DNA of 64,000 nt from Azolla caroliniana (taxonomy: Eukaryota; Plantae; Polypodiophyta), in contig JBHGNT010000004.1 of assembly GCA_043228905.1 (NCBI GenBank), forward strand, positions 7,254,001-7,318,000, read 5' to 3'. Shown here piece after piece: positions 1 to 11,839 of the stretch. Below the pieces are notes generated by a model that was given only the letters and a program-made list of their open reading frames with translations, did not search any database and was not told the origin of the DNA. A program made the translations under genes and the position numbers. Positions within the stretch are counted from its first letter, which is position 1. Each line of letters begins with the position of its first letter.

Positions 1-830
1 AAGTAATCAGCACCTCATCAGGGATGCCCAATGTACGCCAGCCATTGCGTAAGGGGCCATCTAGCTGCAATTGTAAAGTCCGACCCAATTTAGTGCTGTA
101 CTCGAAGAAATGGCGAAGTCTGCCATCCTGTTTCCTCCTGAAATCCCCTGGGTCCCATTCTAGCTTGATGAGGGGACAACCACCATATACCCATAACTTC
201 CAATGGGGTTCCACCTTAGCAACATTCGGGTCTGTTTTCCAGATGTTACCAACCTGCGCCACCACGCGGATTGGGTGCCAAGAGCCCCTACTCTAACTCT
301 CCCCAAAAATTGTATCTCGTCCCGATCCACTCACACCCTTCAGCAACTTAACCACACCAGTCTCATTAAAGAGACCGAACCATGTATCTTCTCTCACCTC
401 CCCCATCGAGACCCTATCAAGTGCCTCAACTATCAACATCCGCATTTTCATGGCTCCTTTGAGGGGAGGGAAAGGGACCTCCTGGTCCCCTCCTGGTCCC
501 CTCCTGAAGCCACCGTGCGTCTCCAATCATCTATAGAGAGGAGCCCTGTTTGCGCCAACTTTCCCCAGGCTAGGCCCTTAAGCTGCCCTAACATCATGTC
601 ACCACTTGACCGCACTTGAGGGTTCCAAAATAATGGCTGTCTAGCCCACTCGACTAGTGTCTCTGGCGTGTGCTTGACCAAATGACGTCTTACGTGACAC
701 CATGCTCACAAGATGGAGTTCGTGACCCGCTCCTCCGGTTGACAAGCCAACTTGGGAGGGACTCCACTCGTGCAACACCAATTCAAGGAATCCGGCCAAG
801 GCCTACCATACTTGGGCGTCCCTGCTTGCA
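1..830 (-). mobile_element. Probable degraded LINE (L1-like) ORF2 C-terminal fragment
   Basis: Broken minus-strand Trp-rich ORFs (ARQPLFWNP..., LAWGKL) resemble the post-RT region of plant L1 ORF2. No RT core is visible in the window. Confidence 0.35.
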
Positions 831-2362
831 GCCTATTTAACTTTGATTTATGTATAGCCCTGTATATATTATCATGTTATTTATGTATTAAAAACTTTTG
901 TTTATGAATTTACTTTGCAAGGATACCCAAAAAAGCAAATCATTTGGAGGGTCTTATGGAAATACTGTCACTTGATCTATGATAAATCAAGAGTTTGTGG
1001 TGAAGAGGGGAGAAGGAGGAGGATGTAGGAAATAATGATGCTGAAAACATGAGGGAAGGTGACATTGCAAACATGAAGGTTCTTAGTTTAGTACCATATC
1101 AATTTAAAACTATTTTTGTATGAGTATGTGTATGCATGTGTGCATGTGTATTTGTATATGCATGTGCATGGTTGTGTTTGTATGCATGTATGAATGCATG
1201 CACACATGCGTTTACAACATTCTCTTGCATACTTTTTTTGCCATGTTACTTTGTGTATTTACTATTGTCATTTCACATGAAAGATGAGCTCTTTCGATCT
1301 TGAGAAACCTCATGTAGCTTCAAGAAGCGATTGACAATAGAGGCGAGAGTTTCCAATGACAATCGAACAAGAGTTTGTTGTGATTTATGCAAGCTTTTGT
1401 GCGAATGCAAGCTTGAATCCACATCTACCATGCTCTAAAAAAGAAAGAAGGTAGACCAATACAACATCTAAAGAGCTTATGCCATACCATTTGAATGTCG
1501 ACTGACCAACACTGAGGTGCACATAAAAAACACTTAATTTATTTTGTGATATCTTTGTTGGAAAGGCTGTAGATCTTGTTGATATGTGTTATATTAATGA
1601 TACTCTTAATCTGCTAACCCAAACATGAAGTTCCATTCTCTTGTTTCATTTCCAAATTTCTTTGTTATTCAAGGTGGCACGATAGCATAGGAACAATGGA
1701 AGAGATTGAAGCATATGTATATTTGGGCAAGAAATGACATATATGACTGTCCCGACCTTGAATAGCTCTTGCAATGTTGGAGTTTGCTTTGAAACTATAT
1801 GGAAGTAGGCTTTGTTAATTCAAGCTTCCGGAATTGATGGCTTGGAGAAAAGGGAGGTCATCGAGGCAAATATAGTAACACGAAAACCATGAGGCATGCA
1901 TCCATACACAATTATAAATATATATACATACATAGTTATCGGTTGCATATTATATGATGGACCACATAAGTTGATGTTATTATGCACGGGATCACTTAGG
2001 AGGTGAAGGTATAATGATTGATGCTTCTTGATTATTATGCTACATCTTTTGTTTGTTGCAGATTATATTATGGACCAAAAAAGTTAAACTTATTGTGCAC
2101 GGGATCAAGATTGTAGCATTACTTAAGAGGAGAAGGTATAATGATTCATGCTTCTTGATTATTACTCTACATCTTTTGTTTGCAACTATCATTTTGATCT
2201 TGTTATTTCATTCGCACAACATATTAACCTTTGGTTTCTTATTGTTACTATATAGGTTTTCAACTTATTGAATGATGGTGCTCGACAAAGAAGTAAAATA
2301 ACATGTTTTTGGGGTGTAGGTTTGCAAATGTCAAATTTCATAAGGACTATGATAAAGGGCAT

Positions 2363-2819
2363 TATTAGAGACATGTACTAAAGTAAGCATTAGATAAGGA
2401 TAGATCTAGGTAGATAGAAACAAAAGGAGAGAGAGAAAGAAGGGTTCCGATCCACCCAAACACCCCCGAGCGAAGGGATCGAGACGGACTCGAGCCTCGA
2501 TTGGCGTCCCATACCACCGCCGTGGCGTCGAGTCGTACCTGGTGCTGGCGCGCTCGCTACAAGAGTTGACCCACCACAAGACAGAGTCTCGACATAGTCA
2601 ACAAGATAATGAAATGAGGGTAGCTAGGCCTCTATTTATAGCGATACCCAAGGCCCCTAGCCATATTCACACTTGGCTTAATGGGTTGTCTCAATCCCGA
2701 GGATTTAAAAGTAATCCTCCCGTTCTTTACACTCTCGTTTAACCCTCACACTTATCCACGTGTATAGAATACTATGGTAAATTTTCACCACGGGATATTA
2801 TATGGTCATGCCCATAACA
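2363..2819 (-). repeat. 3' LTR of chromovirus element
   Basis: Direct repeat of 8926-9381, preceded on the minus strand by PPT AAAGAGGGGGAGT (2821-2833). Confidence 0.95.
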
Positions 2820-5800
2820 TACTCCCCCTCTTTAAAACATTGCACTCTTGCAATGGAAAGTTAGGGAAGTTAGTTCTGAGAGTATTTTCGCGTTCCCATG
2901 TGGCATCTTTTATTGATTTATCCATCCATTTTATTTTAAATTCTCGGATTTCTTTAGTATGTAATTTTTTTGTTTTAACATCGAGAATTCTTTCGGGTAC
3001 ATGTGTTTTAGAAGATAAATCTTCAGAAGTAACCAGAGTTTCAGTTGTAACTGTATTGTCGCAAGAACCTAGAAGTTCTTTTAGACGACTCACATGAAAG
3101 ACTGGATGAATTCCAACACCATCGGGAAGAGCGAGACGATAGGCTGATGACCCAATGCATTTGAGGACTGTAAAAGGTCCACAAAACCGTGGGGCTAACT
3201 TAGCGCACTTACCCGTAGACAATGTCTTATAATTGTGAGGTACACGTAAAAATACCTTCTGTCCAGGGTTGAATATACGAGGTTGCCTATGATGATCGGC
3301 ATAAAAATGCGCTCTATCTTGAGCTGTTTTTATATTATCTCGTGCAATATGCAACATATCTTGCATATCCCGAAGAAAGTTTTGCGTACTTCGCAACTCA
3401 TCATGATGTATATTAACATCAATCGGGGCTCGTGCTTGAAAACCATACATCAACATAAAAGGACTATATCCCGTTGACGTATGCTTGGAGCTGTTATAAG
3501 CAAACTCCAAATTTGGGTGATAACGTTCCCATTTTGTTGGTTTTATACCAACATATGCTCGAAGCATGTCCTCAATAATTTGATTTACTCGTTCTGTTTG
3601 TCCATCGGATTGAGGATGATCCGTGGAGCTCATGCTCAACGTAGTTTCTAACTTCTTGAAGACTTGCGTCCAGAAGTCACTAGTAAACTTTGGATCTCGA
3701 TCACTCACGATATCCATCGGCAACCCATAAAAACGAAATAACTCGTCAACGAATTGGTAAGCCAACTCAGGAGTTGTTACCGTGGTTTTAGTAGCAATAA
3801 ATCTGGCCATTTTAGTTAGTCGATCAACCACAACCTAGATGGCATCATGGCCTTTTTGGGTGCGAGGAAGGCTAACAATAAAATCCATGGATATACTTTC
3901 CAACTTATTGTTGGGAATGTCCAAGGGATGTAAAAGTCTTGCGGCTTTAAGTCGCTCGGTTTTGTTAACCTAAGATTGGTGACATTTACTCACATCTAGC
4001 TATGTATGTCAAGACGCATCTTAGGCCAATAGAATTGAGTGGAGATGAGAACGAGTGTACGATGTATTCCAGGGTGCCCTGCTGAGGGTGCATCATGGCA
4101 TTAAAAAAGAATCCTCTTTTTGACCTCGGGTAAATCTGGAACACAAACCTTCCCATTACGGTAGAGCAGACCGTTAGCAACGTGGAAGTATTCCTTCGAG
4201 GATGTGGTGGTGTCTGTTCCAGACTCAACTCTTGCCCAATATTTTTTGCGAAATAACTGTCATCAGTATACTTTCCTCGAAGGTGATCATAAATATCTGA
4301 TGATATTTCAGTGAAGCTAAGCGTGTTAACTTCACGGATGCGACTTAGTGCATCAGCGACAGTATTCATGGAACCTTTACGATATCGTATGGAAAAATCA
4401 AAGTCCTGGATGAGATCTGCCCATCGTGCCTTACGACCTTTCAGGTCTTGTTGGTCACAAAAATATTTCAAGGGCTCGTGGTCCGTAGTTACCATAAAGA
4501 GATTTCCATAAAGATAATGGCGCCATGTTTTGAGCGCATGTATAACTGCAAATAAGTCATTTTCTTGAACGGTATACCGACATTGAGCAGAATCAAGTTT
4601 CTTACTCTCAAATGCTATTGGTTTACCATCTTGATATAAGACAACACTTATAGCATAATCGCTTGCATCGGTTTGAACCTCAAAAGGTTTTGAAGGATCG
4701 GGTAAAAGAAGTGAAGGAGCCTTGCATACCAGGTCCTTGAGTTCCTTAAAGGCGAGGTCTATTGTAGCATTCCACACAATAGGTTTTGTAGACTTACGTG
4801 TTTGACCTTTTAGAAGATCAGTAAACGACATCGTCAATTGGGAGTAATTACGAAGGGATTTTCGCAAAAACCCGACAAAACCAAGGAATGATTGAACTTC
4901 TCGAATATTCCAAAGAGTGGGCCAAAGCTTGATTTTCTCGGTGCGAGAAGGATCAATTTCAACTCCTCGTTCGGTTATGAGATGTCCAAGATAAGTAATT
5001 GATTTCTTGAAGAACTCACATTTTGAGATCTTTGCGTAAAACTGATTGTCACGCAATGTTTGTAAAACAAAGCGGACATGTTTAGCATGTTCTTGAATGT
5101 ATGGCTATAAACTAAAATATCATCCAAGAAAATAACAACAAATTTTCCAAGTTGTTCTCGGAAAATGTCATTCATTTCTTGTTGAAATGTAGCCGGAGCA
5201 TTGGTCAAACCAAAAGGCATAACCAGAAACTCATAATGGCCATAACGCGTACGAAATGTTGTTTTAGGAACATCGTCCTCACTTATACGAATTTGATGGT
5301 AGCCAGTACGGAGATCAAGTTTCGTAAAATATCGAGCTCCCTGGAGACGGTCAATTAGATCGTCAGCCCGGGTTAGTGGATACGAATTCTTGATCGTCAC
5401 TTTATTCAAGCGTCGGTAATTAATACACATACGCCATGTGCCCTCTTTCTTTTTAACCAAGAGAACTGGTGCACCCCATGGAGATTTACTATAATGCATA
5501 TAACCCATTTGTAAATAGTCCTTGAGTTGCTTAGATACCTCATCCTCTTCGGATCGACTTAAGCGATAGGGAGGTATAGTTATTGGTGCAACGCCAGGTA
5601 CAATATCTATACGATGGTCTATATTACGTTTAGGAGGTAAGCCATCTGGTAGTTCACTCGGAAAAACATCACGAAAATCATTTAAGATTTCATCAAGTTG
5701 TTGTTGTTCAAAATATGTTAATTGAACCGAGATATTATTGATATTGTAAACGTGAATGTCTGGATCAAGTACACAGTAAAATAGAGTAGAACAAGACAAC

Positions 5801-7240
5801 TCGGATATTGATGTACACGAGGAAACAATCGAGAGGGATTGTTTTTTTACACATTGAATATAATGAGTACAATTGTTTAGTATAAAGGAAATGGAATGAT
5901 GAACCCAATCGATAGATAAAGAAGAGTTTTTATTATAAAACCAGGGATAACCCAATATTACATCAGTGGTACAAAGATTCATTACATGGAAGTCTACTTC
6001 CTCTATATAAGTGTCAATAGAAATTCCTAATGAATGAATCGCCCCGTTGATTATTGTACTCTTCCATCAGCCAAGTGCACCGTGTAGGTGTGATCACTTA
6101 CGGTGGGTTGGATTCCCCATATCTGAACCAAACGATCATTCACAAAGTTGTGTGAGCTTCCCAAATCAAACAAAAATTGTACAGGAGATCCATTGATATA
6201 CCCGTTTGCACGTAGTAAATCATTGGGACCCAATAAATAGTGAGGGAAAGAACATTGACAATCACTTACATGATGTGTATAGACCTGAAGGCATTAGGAA
6301 TCTGACCTTTATGGTCTGCAGTTTTAGATTTGTTGTCGTGCTCTTTCCGTTGGAGCTTTCGACTTTGCTCTTTTGTATGACCCATCTTTTTGCAGAATAC
6401 GCAAAAAGGATGTTGTCGCTTACAATCACGATCCATGAATTCGTTGGGTGTCTTGCATTTCCCAGCGAATAGCGACTGCTTAGTCCTGGGTGCTTCGTTG
6501 GGTTTATTGTGGTCCTTCTTCGAAGTGCGTTGATAGCGAAGAACTATTTCAACGACCTCTTCGAAATATTTTGGATCCTTATCATGCACTATCCAATGAT
6601 AGTCCGAATTGGGGATGCCATTGACAAAACAAGCTATTAACCAATTGTCCCCTTCTAGACCCGATTTTTGGATTTGGGTTCTAGCATGGTGGACATAGTC
6701 TTCTAGCGAGGAAAATTTCCGACTAGAGAGGTTCATTAAAGCTTGTGCTGCCTCGGTTCGAGAGGGAGGTTGCAGAAATTGGCCCTTGAAAACTGTGACA
6801 AAATCTGTCCAGGTATCAGGCAATTTCCCTAAAGTACGGAGCCCACGCTACCAGGCGGCGGCCTTACTCCCTAGTTCTCGGCCGACATATGCAATCTTCG
6901 TACTATCTGGCATGGGATAGAGCTCAAAATGAGACTCCCATCGGCCCAGCCATGTGCAGATTGCTTCTTCGATTCTTTCCTTTTTGTCTCCCGTAAATGG
7001 CTTAACGACAAACGATGGTTCACCCTGTCGCTCATCAGGTCTATTAGTCTCACGTTGTAGACTAATGACACGTGCCTCGAGAGCACTTTGAGATTGCCGA
7101 AGTTCGGTCATCTATTGAGTGGTGAAACTAAGGTATTGGGTTATTTGCGAAAAATACATCTCAATGGACATTTGTCCAGGAGGATTCCCTTGAGTTCCTT
7201 TCGCTTGAGCGGATGACATCGGGTCGTTATTTTGAGCCAT
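2806..7240 (-). pseudogene. gag-pol polyprotein of chromovirus (stops and frameshifts)
   Basis: Gag with degenerate zinc knuckle CVFCKKMGH. Protease [22 protein letters not shown]...[12 protein letters not shown]...FLDDIL. RNase H TDASDYA. Integrase IVSDRDPKF...HPQSDGQTER. C-terminal chromodomain PERILD...KIKWMD...DATWE. Confidence 0.93.
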
Positions 7241-8910
7241 TAAATGATTATTTCTGGAAAAGAAATAGGATAAGGTCAGAGAGATAGTCATAACATCATG
7301 TCGTGATGTAAACCTGTTATGGGCGAGCATTAATCAATATCATTATCTCACGTCAATACCCCTTTAGACGTATGAGATCAGGTTCAAGATCAGGTTACTA
7401 TGGTAACACAAAGGTGTTTTAAAAACCATGGGGGCGACAAATAAATGTCTTTCCCTGATCTCTATATCGATTTTTTCATGGTGGCTCCCCGAAGCTCAAC
7501 CATGTATGTTCGCGTCATGAATAGTTTATACAGGAAAAAAATGTTAACAATAAACTATGCTTCGGTGCCCACATATGTGGTTTCGGCTCTTTAAGTCCTA
7601 TTACGAGGACCCCGAACTGCACTTAGACCTCAAGTCTAAACATTTGTTATAATCATATGTATCAACGATGTTGTATGGTCTTGGTCATATTTGAACTCGA
7701 GACCTTGAAAACAAATGCATTAAACACTTGAGCCAACCAAGTAGGTTGCTCTTCTTGAATGTTTAATGTTTCATGCGTATAAGAGATATGCGAGGCATTT
7801 GCCCATATATCGTTTTTTAAAGGAAACATATATGTCAAGAGTCCTTATTTCGCCCTCATTTACTACAACTATGTTGGTACATTACCTAACCTCAAGTCTC
7901 GTAATTACGATGGCATACGCCAAAGTGCAACCTAATGGTCAAGCCAAATGAGCCCTCTTTTCATAGTAGGCCCACGTGGCCCATCACATGGTCACGTCAA
8001 TATGAATGCCTCTCGTAATAATGATCTCATGGTGGCATCGTATCCATGTAATGAGGGAGGGATGTTGGATAGGTGTGTCATACGAGCGACCTCACATGAA
8101 GTGGGTCAAACCCTATGTACTTAACATCATTATGGCTATTGGCGTTTCTTTACGTAACGAAATATCTAAGTCACCAACGGGGATTTCAACAATAAAAATT
8201 TGTTGAAAAAAGGGATGGTGACAACACGATTCTCACAAAAATGTGAGGACGGCTACCAAGAACCTTTCCCCAAAAAGGAAAACATTCGATTTAAAATCAC
8301 GTAATAACTTATATACACATATGTATATTATCACATATATACAATCAACTACGTATACACGTGATCACATATGCCTATATTAAAGAAATTGTTATATTTA
8401 ATAGCCAAAAATGACATAATCGAGATACGTAATCGAGGCATATACCTCTACGCACACGAGACATCAAAAAATAAGGGTTCAACGTAATACGCAATTGAGG
8501 TATTGACCTCTTACGCATACGAGACCAAACACATATCATTTACAACAAAATCGAGGTGTTGACCTCATACGCAAACGTAACATATGTTCATGAACGTAAT
8601 TGAGCTATTAACCTCATACGCATACGACACTCATCACATATTATTTATATGTCAAACGAGGTATTGATGCACATATGTAAGTGTTTTAGATAACCAATTA
8701 AATACCACTACAACATCATTTGATTAATGAAAATAATCTACATATTAACCATACACATGACTAGATGGGAGAAGAAAAAATAGACCAAAAAATAACAAGA
8801 AAGATTACCGAACTTCCTTGTTGATCCTTGTCTGCATGAAGGCCAACCGCACAACAATCAATCGCCATCCATCGAGAAGATAAGTCCAACAAAAGAAAGA
8901 TTAGTACAGA

Positions 8911-8923
8911 GGCTCGGATACCA
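8911..8923 (-). other. Primer binding site (tRNA-iMet type)
   Basis: TGGTATCCGAGCC lies 2 nt inside the 5' LTR and is close to the canonical TGGTATCAGAGC. Confidence 0.85.
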
Positions 8924-8925
8924 AA

Positions 8926-9381
8926 TATTAGAGACATGTACTAAAGTAAGCATTAGATAAGGATAGATCTAGGTAGATAGAAAGAAAGGAGAGAGAGAAA
9001 GAAGGGTGCCGATCCACCCGACCACCCCTGAGCGAAGGGATCGAGACGGACTCGAGCCTCGATTGGTGTCCCATACCACCGCCGTGGCGTCGAGTCGTAT
9101 CTGGTGCTGGCGCGCTCGCTACAAGAGTTGACCCACCACAAGACAGAGTCTCGACGTAGTCAACAAGATAATGAAATGAGGGTAGCTAGGCCTCTATTTA
9201 TAGCGATACCCAAGGCCCCCAGCCATGTTCACACTTGGCCTAATGGGTTGTCTCAATCCCGAGGATTTAAAAGTAATCCTCCCGTTCTTTACACTCTCGT
9301 TTAACCCTCACACTTATCCACGTGTATAGAATACTATGGTAAATTCTCACCACGGGATATTATATGGTCATGCCCATAATA
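8926..9381 (-). repeat. 5' LTR of chromovirus element
   Basis: Direct repeat of 2363-2819, followed on the minus strand by the PBS. Confidence 0.95.
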
Positions 9382-10201
9382 GGCATGTACATGAAGCTTG
9401 TTCATATAAATTATATTGATGATAACCTAACACTACTTTTCTTACACTACATTTCTTGCAAATTTCAAATTAAATGTTCTTGATGTAAAGCTCCGTGGGT
9501 TCCAGAGCCTAATTACTTTGTTTTTGTTGCAGAGAGATTAATGGCTATGGCTGTGAAAGAGAATATGTTTTATAGATTAAAAGTGTTGTGTGTGAGTGAT
9601 TGCATTGTAACAAGTTAGGGACTCAAATGCTCAATTTTTCTTAGCGAAAAACTTAGTGTGTGTTTGTTCTAGCATTGCAACATTTTTATCCAATGAAGTT
9701 CTTGCTCAAGTTGAATGTTGTGAATGATTCTTGAACATCTCATAGCATAGTATTCTTGTTATATATATGCTCTTTTAGATATATTGTTTTTCACTTCCAT
9801 GAAGCCACAATATATGCATTGTTACATAGGCATGTTAGAGAAGATGGCATGGAATGAAGACAACCTTTCATGCTTATTGATTAGATGGTGATCCTTCTTC
9901 GAAGATGGTTTGAAGACACATATGCTCCACATCAGCATACATGCAAACAAACAAACATACATCGATACATACAAACACATTTTTTTTAAAAGAAATAAAG
10001 AGAAGAATTTTTTTTATTAAAAAAAGCAAAAACAAAATTTACTCTTTTCAAAAGGTGTTGCACAATGATGGTATATGTGCAGTGCCAATAGCAATGTGTT
10101 TTGGCATCACTACTAGCTTATTTTGTTGTAGTGACATGTATAATACACGTTCACGCATGCACATATATAGAACACATGCACACACATACACAAACATACG
10201 T

Positions 10202-10205
<4 letters not shown>

Positions 10206-10272
<67 letters not shown>
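10206..10272. repeat. (CA)n microsatellite inside a CA/TA-rich low-complexity tract (~10150-10510)
   Basis: Direct observation. Confidence 0.95.
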
Positions 10273-10275
<3 letters not shown>

Positions 10276-11009
10276 CATTACATTTACATGCACACACATG
10301 CACATATAACACAGAGATACATACACACATTCCATATACATAAAATATATACAACACATGCAATACAATACAATACATGCATATATAAACATGGAATACA
10401 ATACACTACATATGTACATTCACATGCAATACAATACATACATTTGAACATACATACACATAACCCATACATAAAATATATACAACACATGCAATACAAT
10501 ACAATATATATGTCAAAACGAAACTACGGAAGCGTTAGACAACCGGCTTAGATGGATAACAACAGAGAGAGAGAGAGATTAACACACAGAGTGTACGTTG
10601 TCGTGAAGATTTTCGACAATAGTGTGAAAATCCCATAAAACGTACGAAATCGAGTATGAATCACATAGTACAATAATTGTAAAGATAACATTTTAAATAG
10701 ATTTAATATCTAAGTACAAAATGATGGAGGTTTCGAATACACTTTATTACACGAGAAACGGACAACTAAATGTCAAGATATGAGGGTATAAAGTTTGTGA
10801 AAGGAAAAGAGAAAATTGTGAGATATCCCACATAGGCACGACAAATACAGCTCTCATCATATATAAGGTGGAGCAAAAGATATTATCTTTGTGTCTATGT
10901 GTGGAGCATAGAGAGTTCAAGGTAACTTGAACTAAGAGTGGAGGTGGGCTAGCTACTCGTAAAGGGTTTTGGCCAACCAAAACTAGACCGGCGATGGAGC
11001 CAGTGATCT

Positions 11010-11205
11010 GGCGGCATCCGACGGCATCCGGCGACGCACCGACATCCGACGGCACCGGTAACCGACGGCAACCGACGACGCACCGGTAACCGACGACATC
11101 CGGCGAGGGCATCCGGCACCGGTAACCGACGGCATCCGGCGGCGGCACCGGTATCCAGCGACGGCATCCGGCGACACACCGGTAACCGACGACGCACCGG
11201 TAACT
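11010..11205. repeat. GC/CpG-rich degenerate minisatellite in LTR (CCGACGGCATCCGGCGACGCACCGGTAA variants)
   Basis: Direct observation. Confidence 0.85.
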
Positions 11206-11250
11206 AGATAAATAAATATATAAATATATATACATAGTTACATATACAAG

Positions 11251-11322
11251 GAGGGCAAGTAAGGATTCGAACCTTGCACCTCCAAGTTAGGAGTCAATTG
11301 GCTTACCATTAAGCCATGCTAT
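11251..11322 (-). other. tRNA-derived sequence inside LTR (second copy ~17052-17123)
   Basis: A-box TGGCTTAATGG with D-stem GGCTT/AAGCC. B-box GGTTCGAATCC with T-stem. Anticodon-like loop CTCCTAA (CTCTTAA in the second copy). No acceptor stem. Confidence 0.6.
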
Positions 11323-11780
11323 TTAGTTGAAATTATATTTCTATCATTATACTTTTACATGTAAATTCTCATACATGAGAGCTAAAATGAGTGACATGGT
11401 TATCAAGCACCACATGTAATACTTAAGCGCCAAATGGCAAACATGCAATTTATGCATGTCTCGTACCCTCACATGCATCATATGCATGAGAGCATCTATA
11501 AAAGAGAGAAGGGGGAGGAAAAAAAAGGACGGTTTTTTTTATGAAAATTAAGAGGAAGAAATTTGTTATCAAATTGATCGTGTAACTTGTTTCTTAAATC
11601 TAAAGTTAAAAGTTCAATCAATCTCTCTCAATCGTGTAATCTCAACTTCTCTCTTTCCCAATCTATCTTAAGTACTTTCTCGCCAAAGCTTGTATCGACT
11701 CTAAATCCTTCTGGTCCAGAACCCCGACGGTTCCGCCTCACGATCCGCGCATAGTGACGGATCTTCACGACATAATTAAG

Positions 11781-11798
11781 TGGTGAACCCGACGTGAA
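11781..11798 (+). other. Primer binding site complementary to tRNA-Trp
   Basis: TGGTGAACCCGACGTGAA is the reverse complement of the plant tRNA-Trp 3' end as I recall it. Identical copy at 23361-23378, degenerate copy at 41505-41522 (-). Confidence 0.85.
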
Positions 11799-11839
11799 AG
11801 AGGCGGTAGGAAGGATCAAGTCAAGATTAATACTTGGAG

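Larger units (their letters stand above)
2363..9381 (-). mobile_element. Full-length Ty3/gypsy chromovirus LTR retrotransposon (decayed)
   Basis: LTRs 2363-2819 and 8926-9381 differ at roughly a dozen positions. 5-bp TSD GGCAT at 2358-2362 and 9382-9386. PBS and PPT present. Domain order gag-PR-RT-RH-IN-chromodomain. Confidence 0.96.

Noticed and set aside
860-2357. Possible exon remnants of a gene or transposase interrupted by the chromovirus (continuing 9387-9930)
   Set aside because: Splice-like signals exist but I could not build a consistent frame or recognise a motif.
9941-10551. HT/CV-repeat ORFs
   Set aside because: Translations of the (CA)n/(TA)n low-complexity tract.
10747-11235. 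Cys/Arg-rich ORFs on the minus strand
   Set aside because: They arise from the GC-rich LTR minisatellite.
11251-11322. Functional tRNA gene
   Set aside because: No acceptor stem, poor anticodon stem, and the anticodon differs between the two LTR copies. Kept only as tRNA-derived.
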